From NCBI RefSeq assembly GCF_001194135.2, contig NC_068984.1, positions 52,185,000 to 52,248,999 on the forward strand: a stretch of DNA of 64,000 nucleotides, in the 5' to 3' direction. A program made the position numbers and the translations under genes. Shown piece after piece: positions 13,500-26,800 of this stretch; positions within the stretch are counted from its first letter, which is position 1; each line of letters starts with the position of its first letter. This DNA comes from Octopus bimaculoides. Taxonomy: Eukaryota. The notes beneath the pieces were generated by a model. It was given only the letters and a program-made list of their open reading frames with translations. It made no database searches and was not told the origin of the DNA.

Positions 13500-14291
13500 T
13501 ACAACTGTACAAACGCTCCTACACCCTTATAGATGCTTTTTGTAATATTCGTATTGTGTTGGTGCTTTGTTTGAGGGGTGCTGATTGTTTGAGCGTTGTT
13601 GATTGTTTTGTGCTGTTTTGCAGCGGTTTTTCAGTTTGTGCTTTCTCTCTGCGTGTGTGGAGAGTCGGCCGTGTCAGTGGCGAGGAGTGTGTATTGTTCA
13701 GACCTTGATGGGTCTGAGTTGTCTTCGGAGGAGGAGGAGTTCGTGCGGGCGATGGATGAAATGGACGGGTGTTTGATGGAAGAAAGTTTTTCTGGAGCGT
13801 CGGAGGTCGCAGAAAGAGGCGTGGATCTGTCAAATATGAAAGGATGCGAGAGGGTGGAATGCAGGGAGGGTGGTGATGTTAAGTTGTCACCGCCCCGGAA
13901 AGTATTGGAAGATGTGGAGGGGAAAGCAGTAACATGCAAGGTGTATTGATGGAAGGGAGGAGGATTGAGAGCGTTGCGACGTAGACGATGGAGAGAGCGT
14001 TGGGGCCCGTCTGGCAGGATGTAACGTCTTGCCAGAGAAAGCAGATACGGAGCGATTGTCGGTGAAGTAGTCCTCCTCATTAGAGGTGCACAAAGCTGTG
14101 GATATCGGCACGAGTCCAAAATTCGTTGCTGGATGGAGTGGGGGGGGGATGAAGTGCAAACCCCCTACTGAGGAGGGGGCGCTCCACCTCAAAGAGGGGA
14201 AGATCCGGAGGAATGGTAACAACAAACTGAAGTAGAGAAGGGGTGGCGGGGATGGTGGAAGCCCAGGAGGGAGGGGATGGGGGTATGTGTG
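13500..14291 (-). mobile_element. Penelope-like element N-terminal ORF fragment running into the gap
   Basis: VVTIPPDLPLFEVERPLLSRGFALHPPP...NEFWTRADIHSF resembles the PLE N-terminal L-S-x-G-L-x-F-x-P region; GC-rich island; the part below 13990 is weakly supported. Confidence 0.55.
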
Positions 14292-14833
14292 NNNNNNNNN
14301 NNNNNNNNNNNNNNNNNNNNNNNNNNNNNNNNNNNNNNNNNNNNNNNNNNNNNNNNNNNNNNNNNNNNNNNNNNNNNNNNNNNNNNNNNNNNNNNNNNNN
14401 NNNNNNNNNNNNNNNNNNNNNNNNNNNNNNNNNNNNNNNNNNNNNNNNNNNNNNNNNNNNNNNNNNNNNNNNNNNNNNNNNNNNNNNNNNNNNNNNNNNN
14501 NNNNNNNNNNNNNNNNNNNNNNNNNNNNNNNNNNNNNNNNNNNNNNNNNNNNNNNNNNNNNNNNNNNNNNNNNNNNNNNNNNNNNNNNNNNNNNNNNNNN
14601 NNNNNNNNNNNNNNNNNNNNNNNNNNNNNNNNNNNNNNNNNNNNNNNNNNNNNNNNNNNNNNNNNNNNNNNNNNNNNNNNNNNNNNNNNNNNNNNNNNNN
14701 NNNNNNNNNNNNNNNNNNNNNNNNNNNNNNNNNNNNNNNNNNNNNNNNNNNNNNNNNNNNNNNNNNNNNNNNNNNNNNNNNNNNNNNNNNNNNNNNNNNN
14801 NNNNNNNNNNNNNNNNNNNNNNNNNNNNNNNNN
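14292..14833. other. Assembly gap (further gaps at 32437-32745 and 61942-62460)
   Basis: Runs of N. Confidence 0.99.
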
Positions 14834-14932
14834 ATATATAATATTAGGGACAAAATCCAAAATTACAGGTAAAAAACTCAATTAAAATCAATTTATAAAA
14901 AATTAATATTAAATTGAGCCTTATAGATAAAG

Positions 14933-14981
<49 letters not shown>

Positions 14982-15009
14982 ATATGTATCATCATCATTA
15001 AAATGCATA

Positions 15010-15178
15010 GCAGCATTTTGTCTGTCTTTATGTTGAGTTCAAATGCTGCCAAAGTCACCTTTGCCTTTCATCCTTTCAAGGTCAACAAAATATATACCAG
15101 TTGAGGACTGGGATCGATGTAATCGACTTACCCCTCCTTCGAACTTGCTGGCTTGTGCCAAATTTTGAAACCAATATT
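15010..15178 (+). mobile_element. Family A SINE
   Basis: gttgagttcaaatgctgccaaagtcacctttgcctttcatcctttc. Confidence 0.75.
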
Positions 15179-18114
15179 TCATTACCAGTTTTGTTTGGAT
15201 AATCAGAAATACTTCATACATTTTATTAGTTTTACAGGTTTTATCAAACTTGCTGCTATATAGAGTTACCCAAACTTTATTCTTATAAATAATATCTGCT
15301 GTGGAAACTTCCTTTCTGTCTTAGCATCTCTACTGGTGAAACCAGACTTTGCTGGAAGCATACAAGATCTATGTCTATGTTGATTTGGGATTTATACTGT
15401 ATGGGTATTTTTATTTTCATATTACTAGATTTATTTTATTTCTTCCAGCTCACTGCACTACAAATTCCCAGATATTTGTACTCATATGAGCACTACAAAA
15501 CAAGGTCATTCAATGCAGTTGCTAGTTTATGGTTTGGTGTAGATTCCACTCTGCATCATCTTCAGAATTGTGCATTATATTCAAATGCAAGTTATTTTTT
15601 TATTTTATCTTTTATTTTTGGAGGAAAGGGGTGTACATTTTGTTAGTGAATGGGAAACTGTGTTGCTACATAATCTAATTTCCTTGAAAATTGATTTTTT
15701 TTTTTTCATCGCTCTGTTGATTCTGATGTCAAGTGGTTCAATGATATAGGACAAAGCACTAACAAGTAACATCATTTTCTTTGTAACTCTCATTAAAAAT
15801 TGCTTACATTTTGCTATGCAAGTAATTATAGAATGCATTTAGCAATGGCAAGAGTTTCTTAGGAGAGCTACTATGTATCTTACCTCCATGATAATAAGAA
15901 ACTGAATACCTTAATTTAAAATTATTGATATTTTCTTTTCCAAAGACATTGTTGATTTTTCACTTTCCTATTATGCATATTGATTGTACAAAATTTAAAT
16001 TAATTATAGCAAGAATGAAATGCTCAAAGAAGAATAGCAGCAAGACAAAGTTTTAGGAAACTGTTTATTAGGAAAATCAAAAAAAAGCAATAAAATTGTT
16101 ACAGTGATAGATGAGCTGCTAAGTTATAAAGTGGAAGCTGCAAAGTTACTCCTGATTACAGCAGATTAGCAAAGCAATTTGTCTTCATTTAAAATGTTTC
16201 TTCTTTCAAATCAACACAATTCATACTTTTCTTTCTGAGCCAGTTTGACTCTCAATGGAGGTTTTCTTCTTCTTAAACATTTGAATGGGTAGAATGGAAA
16301 CCAAAGGAATATCAGAAGAAAACCAAGAGACTTTCAGAATTGAAACATTCCAAATAATATGACAGATCAACCATATTTTTAAAAGTCAAGGTTACTATCC
16401 CCTTATTTCATGTTATGCTGAATGAGTTTACCACAGATATTTTCTTTAAAAAGGATGGCAGAATTAATGAAATAAAATGATACAAGTCTACATTTGGACT
16501 GAAATTAAACACATGCACACTAAGATATATATGTATAGGTACATGTGAATATATATATATATATATATCTATATATATGTATATATAAAAATAGCTATGA
16601 TTATATTGACAAAAACACATATGAATGTAGCTATGTGTAAATATGTGTATATGTATGATTTATATACAAACACAAAAAGCAATGTTTATTTTGATTTTAA
16701 CATAAATGAAAAGTAAAACTGAGTTTATGGGGAAATAAAACAGAATTTCAGTGTTACTACTATGACTGCTGAATGTGTTGTTACTTCTGAGAATGGCAAC
16801 CTGTAACTGAAGCTGATAGCAATAGATTTCTTTTAAATGAGCCTACACTTGATTGAAGGAATTCAGATTATGCCGAGATTGTCTGAAAGTTGTAGCTTCC
16901 TCAATCGTATACATATATATATAAGCATTCCAAATTATAGCTGTTAGTGTTCTGATGTACTGTTTTACTAATCAGTAAACTCAGTAACTGAACTTACCTA
17001 TGATTATTTTGTTAACCGTTGATGACAAAAGCTATCTATAACACACACACATATATATATTGATATAGATATATATATGTGTTAGAATCAAAATGATTGC
17101 AAATTGTGATTGTCTACATTTATGGCAACCATCAAAAGCTTGGTTAATAACTATGACACCTTGTAGAGGTTGTCATCAACATTTATTGTTACCTGTATGA
17201 AGTGCACCTTTACTGCTATTATTATTATTAATACTTATTTTAATTACAAATACCAATAGCTGATTGTCACCATCTCTTCTCACTGATAACAGCTTTGAAT
17301 TAACTTCATATATCAACACCAATGCATACTGAATAACTGAACATAACATTATTACCAGACAAAGATTATACAGCTTATCTTTCTAGTATGATGATTAATA
17401 CATCAACAAACAAAAAATAAACTCAAATGAAAATTGAGAGCTATAGAAATCCAAACTAGCCCTCATTTTTAAAAAAATATCTACGGTAAATCTTACAATG
17501 AATATTCTTGACTATTTTACCAAAACATGTTCTCACTGGTCACTGTCAACAACAATGTCTAATTCTTTCCATAATCGTTTTAGATTCCGTTTTCTTTCCA
17601 AACCTGTCATTCATATTTCTGTGATTCCTTAAACAGTGCCATTGGCAGAAAAGACACTTTGTTCTGTCTGAAATGCTGTCAATTAATCTCTAAAGGCAAC
17701 TTAACCAGTTAATCAATTCATTTTACACGCAGTTTTATCTTCAGTTAACTTTAAATGTTATTTTCTTAATTGATAAAATCAAATAAAAATATAAGACAGA
17801 TTTATTTTAAAAAACCCAGATTATATGGTATCCCAGTAATTGAAATTATGTCCTAAAACACATTTAGGGTCTGTGTACTATCTTTTAATATTATAACAAA
17901 CAAAAGACAAAGGATACACATAGGTGAGGCAAATATTACAGACATTTCTATAAGTCTATATAGCCAAAGAAGTGTAATAAAATTACTTTATTTTGATTAA
18001 AGTTCATTTGTTAATTATACTTATACACAAATGGGAGAAAAAAAAAAGAAACTTAAGAAAATGCATTAAAAAAAATCAAGCAATTTCAGAAGACCCTATT
18101 TCCTCTGAAAATAA

Positions 18115-18242
18115 TTAACAACTTAATGTCTTCACAGCACGTTTCATACATTCTGAGTCACCAAACTTCACATCTCTTTTCTTAATTTTCACTCCATTTC
18201 TGCATGGACCAAATTCTCCCCATGGGCCAAAGAAGCAACGTT
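18115..18242 (-). CDS. Coding exon 7 (terminal): divergent 4-Cys TSR/PTN-like domain, TAA stop at 18117-18115
   Basis: [41 protein letters not shown]; tttttcag acceptor; frame continuous with exon 6. Confidence 0.85.
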
Positions 18243-20839
18243 CTGAAAAATACAAAATTCGTACAATATTAGTGCTTAATTAAAAACTCATTTTTATGTG
18301 CAAAAATTCTTCATTCACAAGAACTATTTTACAGAGATCACACCATGTTAAATAAGGTCTTTGAAAGACTGCAATCTAAGGAATGAGAAACTTTTGTAGA
18401 GCAAGAGGTGAATTGCTAACATAACTGAACTGAGAAAAATAGTATGTTTGCAATTATATGAACTGTTTTGATCATAATGCTTAAACAGGAGTTTTTTCTG
18501 TCTTCTCATTTTTTTTCCTTTTTTCATGACAGTTTTAGAGACTTCTCAAGTAAATGGTTTCAAAATTAAATGTGAGTGAAATTCGGCCTAAAGCAAGGAG
18601 TTTCCCATCCCATTCTGAAAATGTTAATAAGAAGAGCAATCACCAAAAAATGATAAACTGTTATAATAATGAATGCAGTTGAATGATTTGTCAACATTTC
18701 ATACTTACAATGGTTATAATGCTATTTGAGTCTACTATTAAATCATTTTGCTTCACAAACTACCTTTCAAAAGCACCTAAAAATCATTTCACAAAATTCT
18801 TTCCAAACTGTTCACTGTAACAGGATATCTCAACATAATCATAAATACATTTCATCCATTAAAAATTCTCAAAGAATAAAATATCTATCCTGCAATTATT
18901 ATAACATACAATATGAAATAACCTTATGTTGTGCTTGTATCAACAATTTGTGAAGGTGCATGGTTTAATGGTTAGGGTATTTGGCTCCTGATCATAAGGT
19001 CATGAGTTCAATTCCTGGCAACATATTGCATCCTTGAGCAAGACACTTTATTTCATGTTACTCCAGTCCACTAAGATATCTATCTTCCATGTAAACTATT
19101 CCTATTGCTAAATTTTTAAGTAATTTGTTGATATGGCACTGTCAGTAATGACAATAAGGGTTCCAGTTGATCTGAGCAGAACAGCCTGCTAGTGAAATTA
19201 ACGTGCAAGTGGCTGAGCACTCCACAGACATGAGTACCCTTAACGTAGTTTGTATCCATGAGTATGACACTTTATTTCACATTGCTTCAGTTCACTCAGC
19301 TGGCAAAAATGAATAGCACCTGTATTTACAAGGGCCAGCCTTGTCACACTCTGTGTCACACTGAATCTCCCTGAGAGCTACACTAAGGGTATACGTATCT
19401 GTGGAGTGCTCAGCCACATGCACATTAATTTCATGAGCAGGCTGTTCTATTGATTGGATCAATTGGAATCCTCATTGTAACCAACAGAGTGCCAATGTTT
19501 ATGTTAGAAGAGCAACAGAATGTAGAGTATTTATTCTATACAGCTGCATACAGCAGCTTCCAAGGTAAATCATTCATTCAGAATATTCACACATCACTAA
19601 ATTAGAGGAAACATGCATACCAAGATACTCCACATAATGCTAATCACTGCAAAATGAAAATAGGACCTGTTTTCAATGCAACAAACCAATTCAATACTGG
19701 ATACAATGGTTTCACTCATAACTTCTGCGACAAAAATTAGCTCCTGATCATTTCAGCCATGTGTCACTTAATCAGTCATGATTAAGAAAATATTTCAAAT
19801 AAAATAAGTGAAAAAGAATAAAATATATTTCTTCTCATATCAAGCCTAAAATAAACACTGCTGCTGCTGCTGTTGCTGCTACTACTACTACTACTACTGC
19901 TGCTGCTGCTACTAGTACTACTACTTCTTCTTCTTCTTCTTACCTTTTCCGCCTTTCTTGCTGCAAGACTTTGTCACTGTTTTAGTTGCTTCACACACTG
20001 AACCATCTCCACTCTCTAGTGTCATAGTCTTGGTACGAATGTTGCTTGTTGTATTACAAGCACTCCAGTCACCATATGAATATTTGCAACCTAGAATTTC
20101 AGTGAAAAATCAAAATGAAAAAAAAATTACTTATTACTGTTACATCACTTTAGCAGAGTTATTTCTATTTACATAGTTATGGCCAATTGGCACTAGAAAC
20201 ACTAGTTCCCTTCAGATCATCAACTTTTGGCACATCAAATCAGACTAGCATATAAACGAAAGATGAAAAACTCCTTAGGGTATTAGGCAAGTATCATAAT
20301 AACAAACCCATGTGCTTCAGTTTAGAACACAACTCAATTTCCATCTCCAGCCAGAGGCAAAAAAACATTCAGTCTACAAGAATGGGACTGGCATCAAAAA
20401 TGAATCTACCCATAATATTATGTACTAAAAATGTTAAAATGTAATAAAATTTAACCTTCTGAATTGCAAAGAAGAAATATTTGAAAGATAGATTTTCATT
20501 TTCCTTTTCTGTTTTCTATGCACTATGCATATTATAAGTAAGTATTTCCAGCAAGTTTTTTTTTTTATATAATATAATAATGATTTAGCATATTATAAAT
20601 TATTGCCACAGACTTAATGGATCTTTTATCTTTTATGTTTCAGTCATTAGACTGCGACCATGCTGGGGCACCATCTTGAAGAACTTTTAGTCAAATGAAT
20701 TGATACCAGTACTTGTATTTTGTTAATCCTGGTACTTATTCTATTGGTCGCTTTTCATCAAACTGATAAGTTATGGGGATATAAACAAACCAACACCAGT
20801 TGTCAAGCAATGGTGGAAGACAAACACCGACACAAAAAC

Positions 20840-20877
<38 letters not shown>

Positions 20878-23800
20878 AATATATGAGTATATGCATATAT
20901 ATGTACATGTATGTACATACCTTCATCTACATGTACATATAGATACATATCTGGGTACATGACATTGCAAAAAAACAGACAAAATGATAAACAAGGTACA
21001 AAAAACAAGCAGGCCACATAGAGAACATATCCTTCATCAGCTGCCACCAGTAAAACACTGGTGTTTCGAAGAGTTAGGGCAGGACGCATCGTTAAAATGG
21101 ATCTTCCCACGAACGCAAATTAAATTTTTTTTTCGTGGAGGATAGTGGCGGACAGAAAACAATGTATGTATTTATTTATGTATGTATCTTTACAACAGAT
21201 TTCTTTCAGTTTCCGCCTACCAAATCCACTTACAAGACTTTGGTTGGCCCAAGTCTATAGTAAAAGACACTTGCCCAAAGTGTCACACAGTGGGACTGAA
21301 CCCAGAACCATATGGTTGAGAAGCAAGCTTCTTGCCACATAGCCATAACTGTGCCTATTAAAATATCAGAAATGCAATTTTGTGTCAACTAAAATTGTGG
21401 TGGCATATATGTAATTCATTAAAAAGTTCAAAGTGAGATATAAAAGTAGACAAGAAAACCTTTATGTCCCTCAATGCTTGTAAAAGTGAACAGAAATGAA
21501 ACATACCTTTGTTATTCACATTACCCTTGCACTGCTTAGTCTGTGGCTTGATGGCTGGACACGAGCTGTCATTTGGGGCCTTCAAAGTTAGTGTTCGGTG
21601 TTTAGTTTTTGTAGCTGGGTCACATTTTGACCATGCTCCTTTGTTATATTTACAATCTACAAACAAGAGGAAAACAAACTAATAACAAAAGTTTTACTCA
21701 TCAGAAGTAAAGTAGATAAACCAGAGAACGTTTAGTTTACTGCTCCTAAAACTGGGACAATTAATGCTATGAATACAATAACAATAATGATACCAAGAAG
21801 GACCTTCTATGAGTTAAACATTCTCACAATTATGAAATATTGCTATATACATATTTTAGTAATTAATATTTAAGTGAAGCACAAACAAAAACAAATAAAT
21901 TTTTTTTTTTAATGAACAAGAGCTGATATATTTATTGTTGTGGATGAAAAGAAAACAAGATAAGGCAATATTTCAGACAGTGATCCTTCATCAAAAAAGA
22001 AAAGATAGAAAAAAAATAAGGAAGGAAAAAAAACCTGCTGTTGATATGAATCAACATTTTTTCTTTCCTGCCCCCGCCCCTTTTTTTTTTTTTTTTAGTT
22101 TTTCCTCTCTTGTCTTAACAAAGGATCATTGTCTGAAATCTGTGACTTATCCTTATTTCCTTTCATCCAGAGGATTAAATACCATGACTTTGTACTGTTG
22201 TTCTTATTGCTTCTCTTATCTTTTTTTTTTCTTTTTGGTTTATTCTTGTTTGTTTCTCATATGAATGACATGGCTGTGTAGTTAAGAAGTTTGCTACTCA
22301 ACCACATGGTGCCATGTTCAATACCATAGCATGGCACCTTGAGCAAGTGTCTTCTACAATAATACAAGGTTGACCAAACCCTTGTTGAATGGAACTGGTA
22401 GATATATATTTGTGTCTCTTTGTCTTCACATTATGTGCTAGTCATGAAAGGGTGTCACTGTCTTACAAACAGCGTTATTCATTTCTAATATTCTGTGAGA
22501 ATATGTCTGGCCATGGGAAGATATTACCTCACTTGGAAACAAGTGAAGGTTGACAACAGGAAGGACATCAAACCATAGAAAATTTGCCCCAATAAACTCT
22601 GTCCAATCCATACAAGCATGGACAAGTGGACATTATGCTGATGATAATTATGTTCAGTGATGAGAGTGGGCAGTACTCATCACATTTTTCAGTGGTTCAA
22701 AACTGTTGTGAGGAATGAAAACATCCTCAAACTAGAGGCCTGGCCTGAATGCTTGCAAAAATGTGAACTCTGTGAAAAACACCCAAAGTAGCAAGCAGTA
22801 GGTGATGAATTAGGTCCACTTTCCAGGTAGGTCGCAGCAAGATTAGAACTCAGAATGCTAAGAGCTAGAATAAATGCCATAAGGAGTCATCATGTTCAAG
22901 GAGCTGACAGTTCTGCTAGCTGACTGCACTAGCCTGGTACTTAAAGTATCTAACTTGGAAGGATGAAAGAAGGTAAAGTTAATCTTAGTAGCTTTTGAAC
23001 TCAAATTACTAGAAGCATTTTGTCCAATACTCTCATGATTCTCCCAGTTCACTGGCTGGATATCAGTTACTGCATCAGTGCAGTAATTGATATAATTTAG
23101 ATATGAAATGTTGAAAGAACTTCATGAACTCTTAAACTTCAGTCATTTCCAACATGTTGAATTCTTTACAAAAGTATCTCATTTTCTAGAGTAAAACTGC
23201 TTTCAAATTTTGGCACAAGACCAGCAAGTTTGTGGGAGTGGGTAAGTCAATTACATCAATCCCAATGTTCAATTGGTACTTATTTTAATAACACTGAAAG
23301 AATCAAAGGTAAAGCCGACCTCAGTGAAATTTGAACAAAGAACATACAGACGGATGAAATACTACTAAGCATTTCTCCCAGTATACTAACAATTCTGCCG
23401 TCTCACCACCCTTTACTATAGTAAAATTGCAATGCAACTTACATCAACTTTATCATCAGCATCATTTTATATATATTTTATATATATTTTGAACTCTTAT
23501 AAAGAAAATGCTGTTATAAGGCCCTGGCTCTACACCATCCAAACACAATTAGTTATAATAATAACATCTCTCCCAACTATATCAGAATATTGACTATTTA
23601 CGCAAGGGTCAATTATAAGAATCAGTAACTCAATCAGTGATATGCAGCAATCATATCAATATGAAATTAGAAATGCATGTAATGCTGGTAGTGGATTCCA
23701 CCAAGAAGTTAAAGAGCTGCCAACAGAAGATTTAACAATGGTAAAGAAGTAATATGCATTACAATATCCATTCCTCATTGTGTTGTGCTGGCTTATGTAC

Positions 23801-26800
23801 CTCAATGACCCCAAAGGCTTTGTTAACTGAGTACAAGACCCTGTAGAACCTCTTTTGCTGAACAGGTCAAAAAATAGAGGCCAGACAAATATGGACCACC
23901 TCTTCCTAGAGACAAATATGGATTTGTGTAGGGCCAAGACTCCTACCTAAGAAAAAGTAAAGCTACAGAAACAATGATGACAATTCAAAGCCATCAAGCC
24001 TTGGAAGAGGACAGCCCAGAATCAAGAACAGTAACAATAAATGAACACATACATTCACATACGAAACTGTTCAGGTTGTAACACCAGTAGCAACAGAAAA
24101 AAACACAAAGAAACCATTTGAGTAGTAATATCAATAACAACATATGTAACACTAACAGTTAAGTAAAAACAGTTGAAATAGTAACACTAATGTTAACAAT
24201 TCTAGTACAAGTAGTAACATGAAATAATATTTTAATAAAAGATATAAATAGCATTATGTGTAACACAAACAGTAAAATGAATAGTTCCTGTTATCATAGA
24301 TATAGCGAAAAAAATAATATTAGTGTATACAAGTAACAACAGCAGTAACAGATGTAACACCAACAACAACAACAGATGTTACGCAAACAGTAACATGAAC
24401 AAATAGTTTATGGAGTAACATTGACAAAACAGACAATAATGTAACAGTTCTTGTAGTTACACACAATTGGAGTAACACCAATAATAACAGATGTAACACA
24501 GATAATAATGTAACAGTTTTTTTTACAAACATCAGTAACAAAATAAACACGAACAGTAACGTGAAACATAGTTCACATAGTAACACCAGTGACAACAGAT
24601 GTAACAAATGTTAACATGAGAAACAATTGCAATAATGACATTTGTAACAGTGTCATGAGGAACAGTTTTAATTTTTTGAATGGTTTAGTCAAAATAAAGC
24701 GGATGCTTCTTGGATGTTTGTTGGTAGGGTTGATGTTCATGAACATTTTCAAGTCAATGCAAAGCAGGAAGAATATGAGGACATACAGAACTGAAGAGGG
24801 TCCTCATTCTATAAGATAAAGATAAGGAGGAAATTGTCAGTGCAGGGCTGGAAGAGTGGGGAGGGGATCATAGTATAGGTCAGAGGTTGCCAAAGGGGGT
24901 TCGAGGGACCACCTAGAGGTAGACTGGGAATTATAGGGGTTCAATAATAGCCAAGGGGTCAAATTGGGGTCAGCGTGTGAAAGACCAGCTCACCCAGATG
25001 AACTGCTTGAAACACTTAGTCAGCACCATGCTCATCCCTCACATTGATATTGTCAATTTCAATAAAAGATTTTCCAGCATTTTTCACATTTTCAAACCAT
25101 GAAAACAATTTCATAAAAATTAAAAGTTTAATAATGTATACTTGTACACGAAGTTTTAAATGTAAAAAGTGTGTCATTTTCATTAGAATTTCTTAATTTG
25201 TTGTATATGTATATTTTAGCTAACATTTTAATTGCCAGCATCAGTACCCGGTACGCATTTTAAATATAGTATGGTAGGGTAGGGTATTAAAATATTTTAA
25301 ATGAGGAGGGTGCTCAATGCGGAAGGAGAAGTGGCTAAAGGGGGGTCGATGTGGAAGGACAAATGGCTAAAAGGGGTCGATGGTCGAAAAAGTTTGGCAA
25401 CCTCTTGTATAGGTGATAAGAGACAATTGTATTGAGTGGGCTTGAGTAAAGACAGTCTGAAATTAGCTAGCTCTAACGAGCTAAGGCTATTGCAATAGTG
25501 GTAGGAACATTTCCGGTACAAAGACAAGCAACCAAAGGCATGGACAAGTAAAGCAGTATCTGTAGATTTTCCATATTTATTTTGTGAAGTATATGATGGT
25601 TGGAAGTTTAAGAGAATCATGAAATATATAATTTCATTTGAAATTGTATTTTTTCTCAAGGATTTGATTTATCCGATGGTGTCAAATTATACAGGTTGTA
25701 CTGAAGGTGTAGTTTTAGGAGAGAACATCATCAAATACTATATTCTTTGTTATACACTTGTCACCTGTTCTACTTTGAGTGTTGTTATCTATTATTTTTT
25801 AAATTTTTATACATATAAAGAACTGAAAAATTCCAACTATGGAATGAAGCCAAAGATATAATCTATCCATAATTTTATTCTGTTATGGCACAACAACATT
25901 AGTAAAGTTTTATCAAATCTTAATTATTTTACTAATGATATAAATCATCATCATCATCATCATTTAATGTTCTATAATGACATGGTTGGATGGTTTGATA
26001 GAATCCAAGGAGTCTAAGGACTGCATCATGCTCCATTTTCTACATTGGTGTGATTTCTGTGACTGGGTCATCTTCCCAATGCCAATTTTACAGAAAATAT
26101 AAATTTTGTGCATAAAATAGATCATCTTAGCTTAATTTCATGGTTAAATTTTCATGTACAGAAACTGTAGTTGAATAACATCATAGATTAGAATCAATAA
26201 AAGTAATAATCTATAACTTATTAATTAATTGGACAATATCTCATGCATCATCATTATGTTGTGTTTCCAGAAGGTTAAATAAATACACTTATAGGCTTCC
26301 CTATGATTTTTTTCTAGTTTTTTGGAACTTAACTCTACCAGTTAACATAACATTCATCATACCTCTATGAGGTAGAAATAGTAGCCAAATCTCACTTTAT
26401 CACACACCTCATTATTGTTTATCCATTATAGCATCTATTTTCTTTGTAATGTAGATCCAGATACACTAGCTCTGATAAACAAAACAGGAATGTCACAGCT
26501 AAAATGCTTGTCATTAAACAAGGTGGGGTGTTGAAAGATTCCTGGCTTCGGGTAAAAAAAAAATACAGGAGGATCAGTTAATTATGATTTTATGCAACAT
26601 ATTCTCCTCTCAGATTCACACACTTATTGCAGTGGTCCTTCAGTTTTTCTAAGTCCTGTAAAAGAACTTGGAAGATTAGGCCTCCAACCAGGCCTTTCAC
26701 CATACCTTTAAAGCCAGGAACTTTTTAGCACCCCTTCATATAGCATCTATTTTCTTTGTAATGTAGTTCCAGATACAATAGGCCCAATAAACAAAAGATG

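Noticed and set aside
14080-14885. Long ORFs containing X runs (also 32345-32850 and 61924-62541)
   Set aside because: Artefacts of translating N gaps
21010-21075. CTGATGA and GAAA boxes with a perfect CACCAGT/ACTGGTG hairpin (minus strand)
   Set aside because: Order would require a type II topology, but U16.1 and stem I are missing
24320-24819. Thr/Val/Leu-rich ORFs suggesting a mucin or membrane protein (also 27082-27601)
   Set aside because: Translations of the GTAACA minisatellite; no splice signals linking them to the gene
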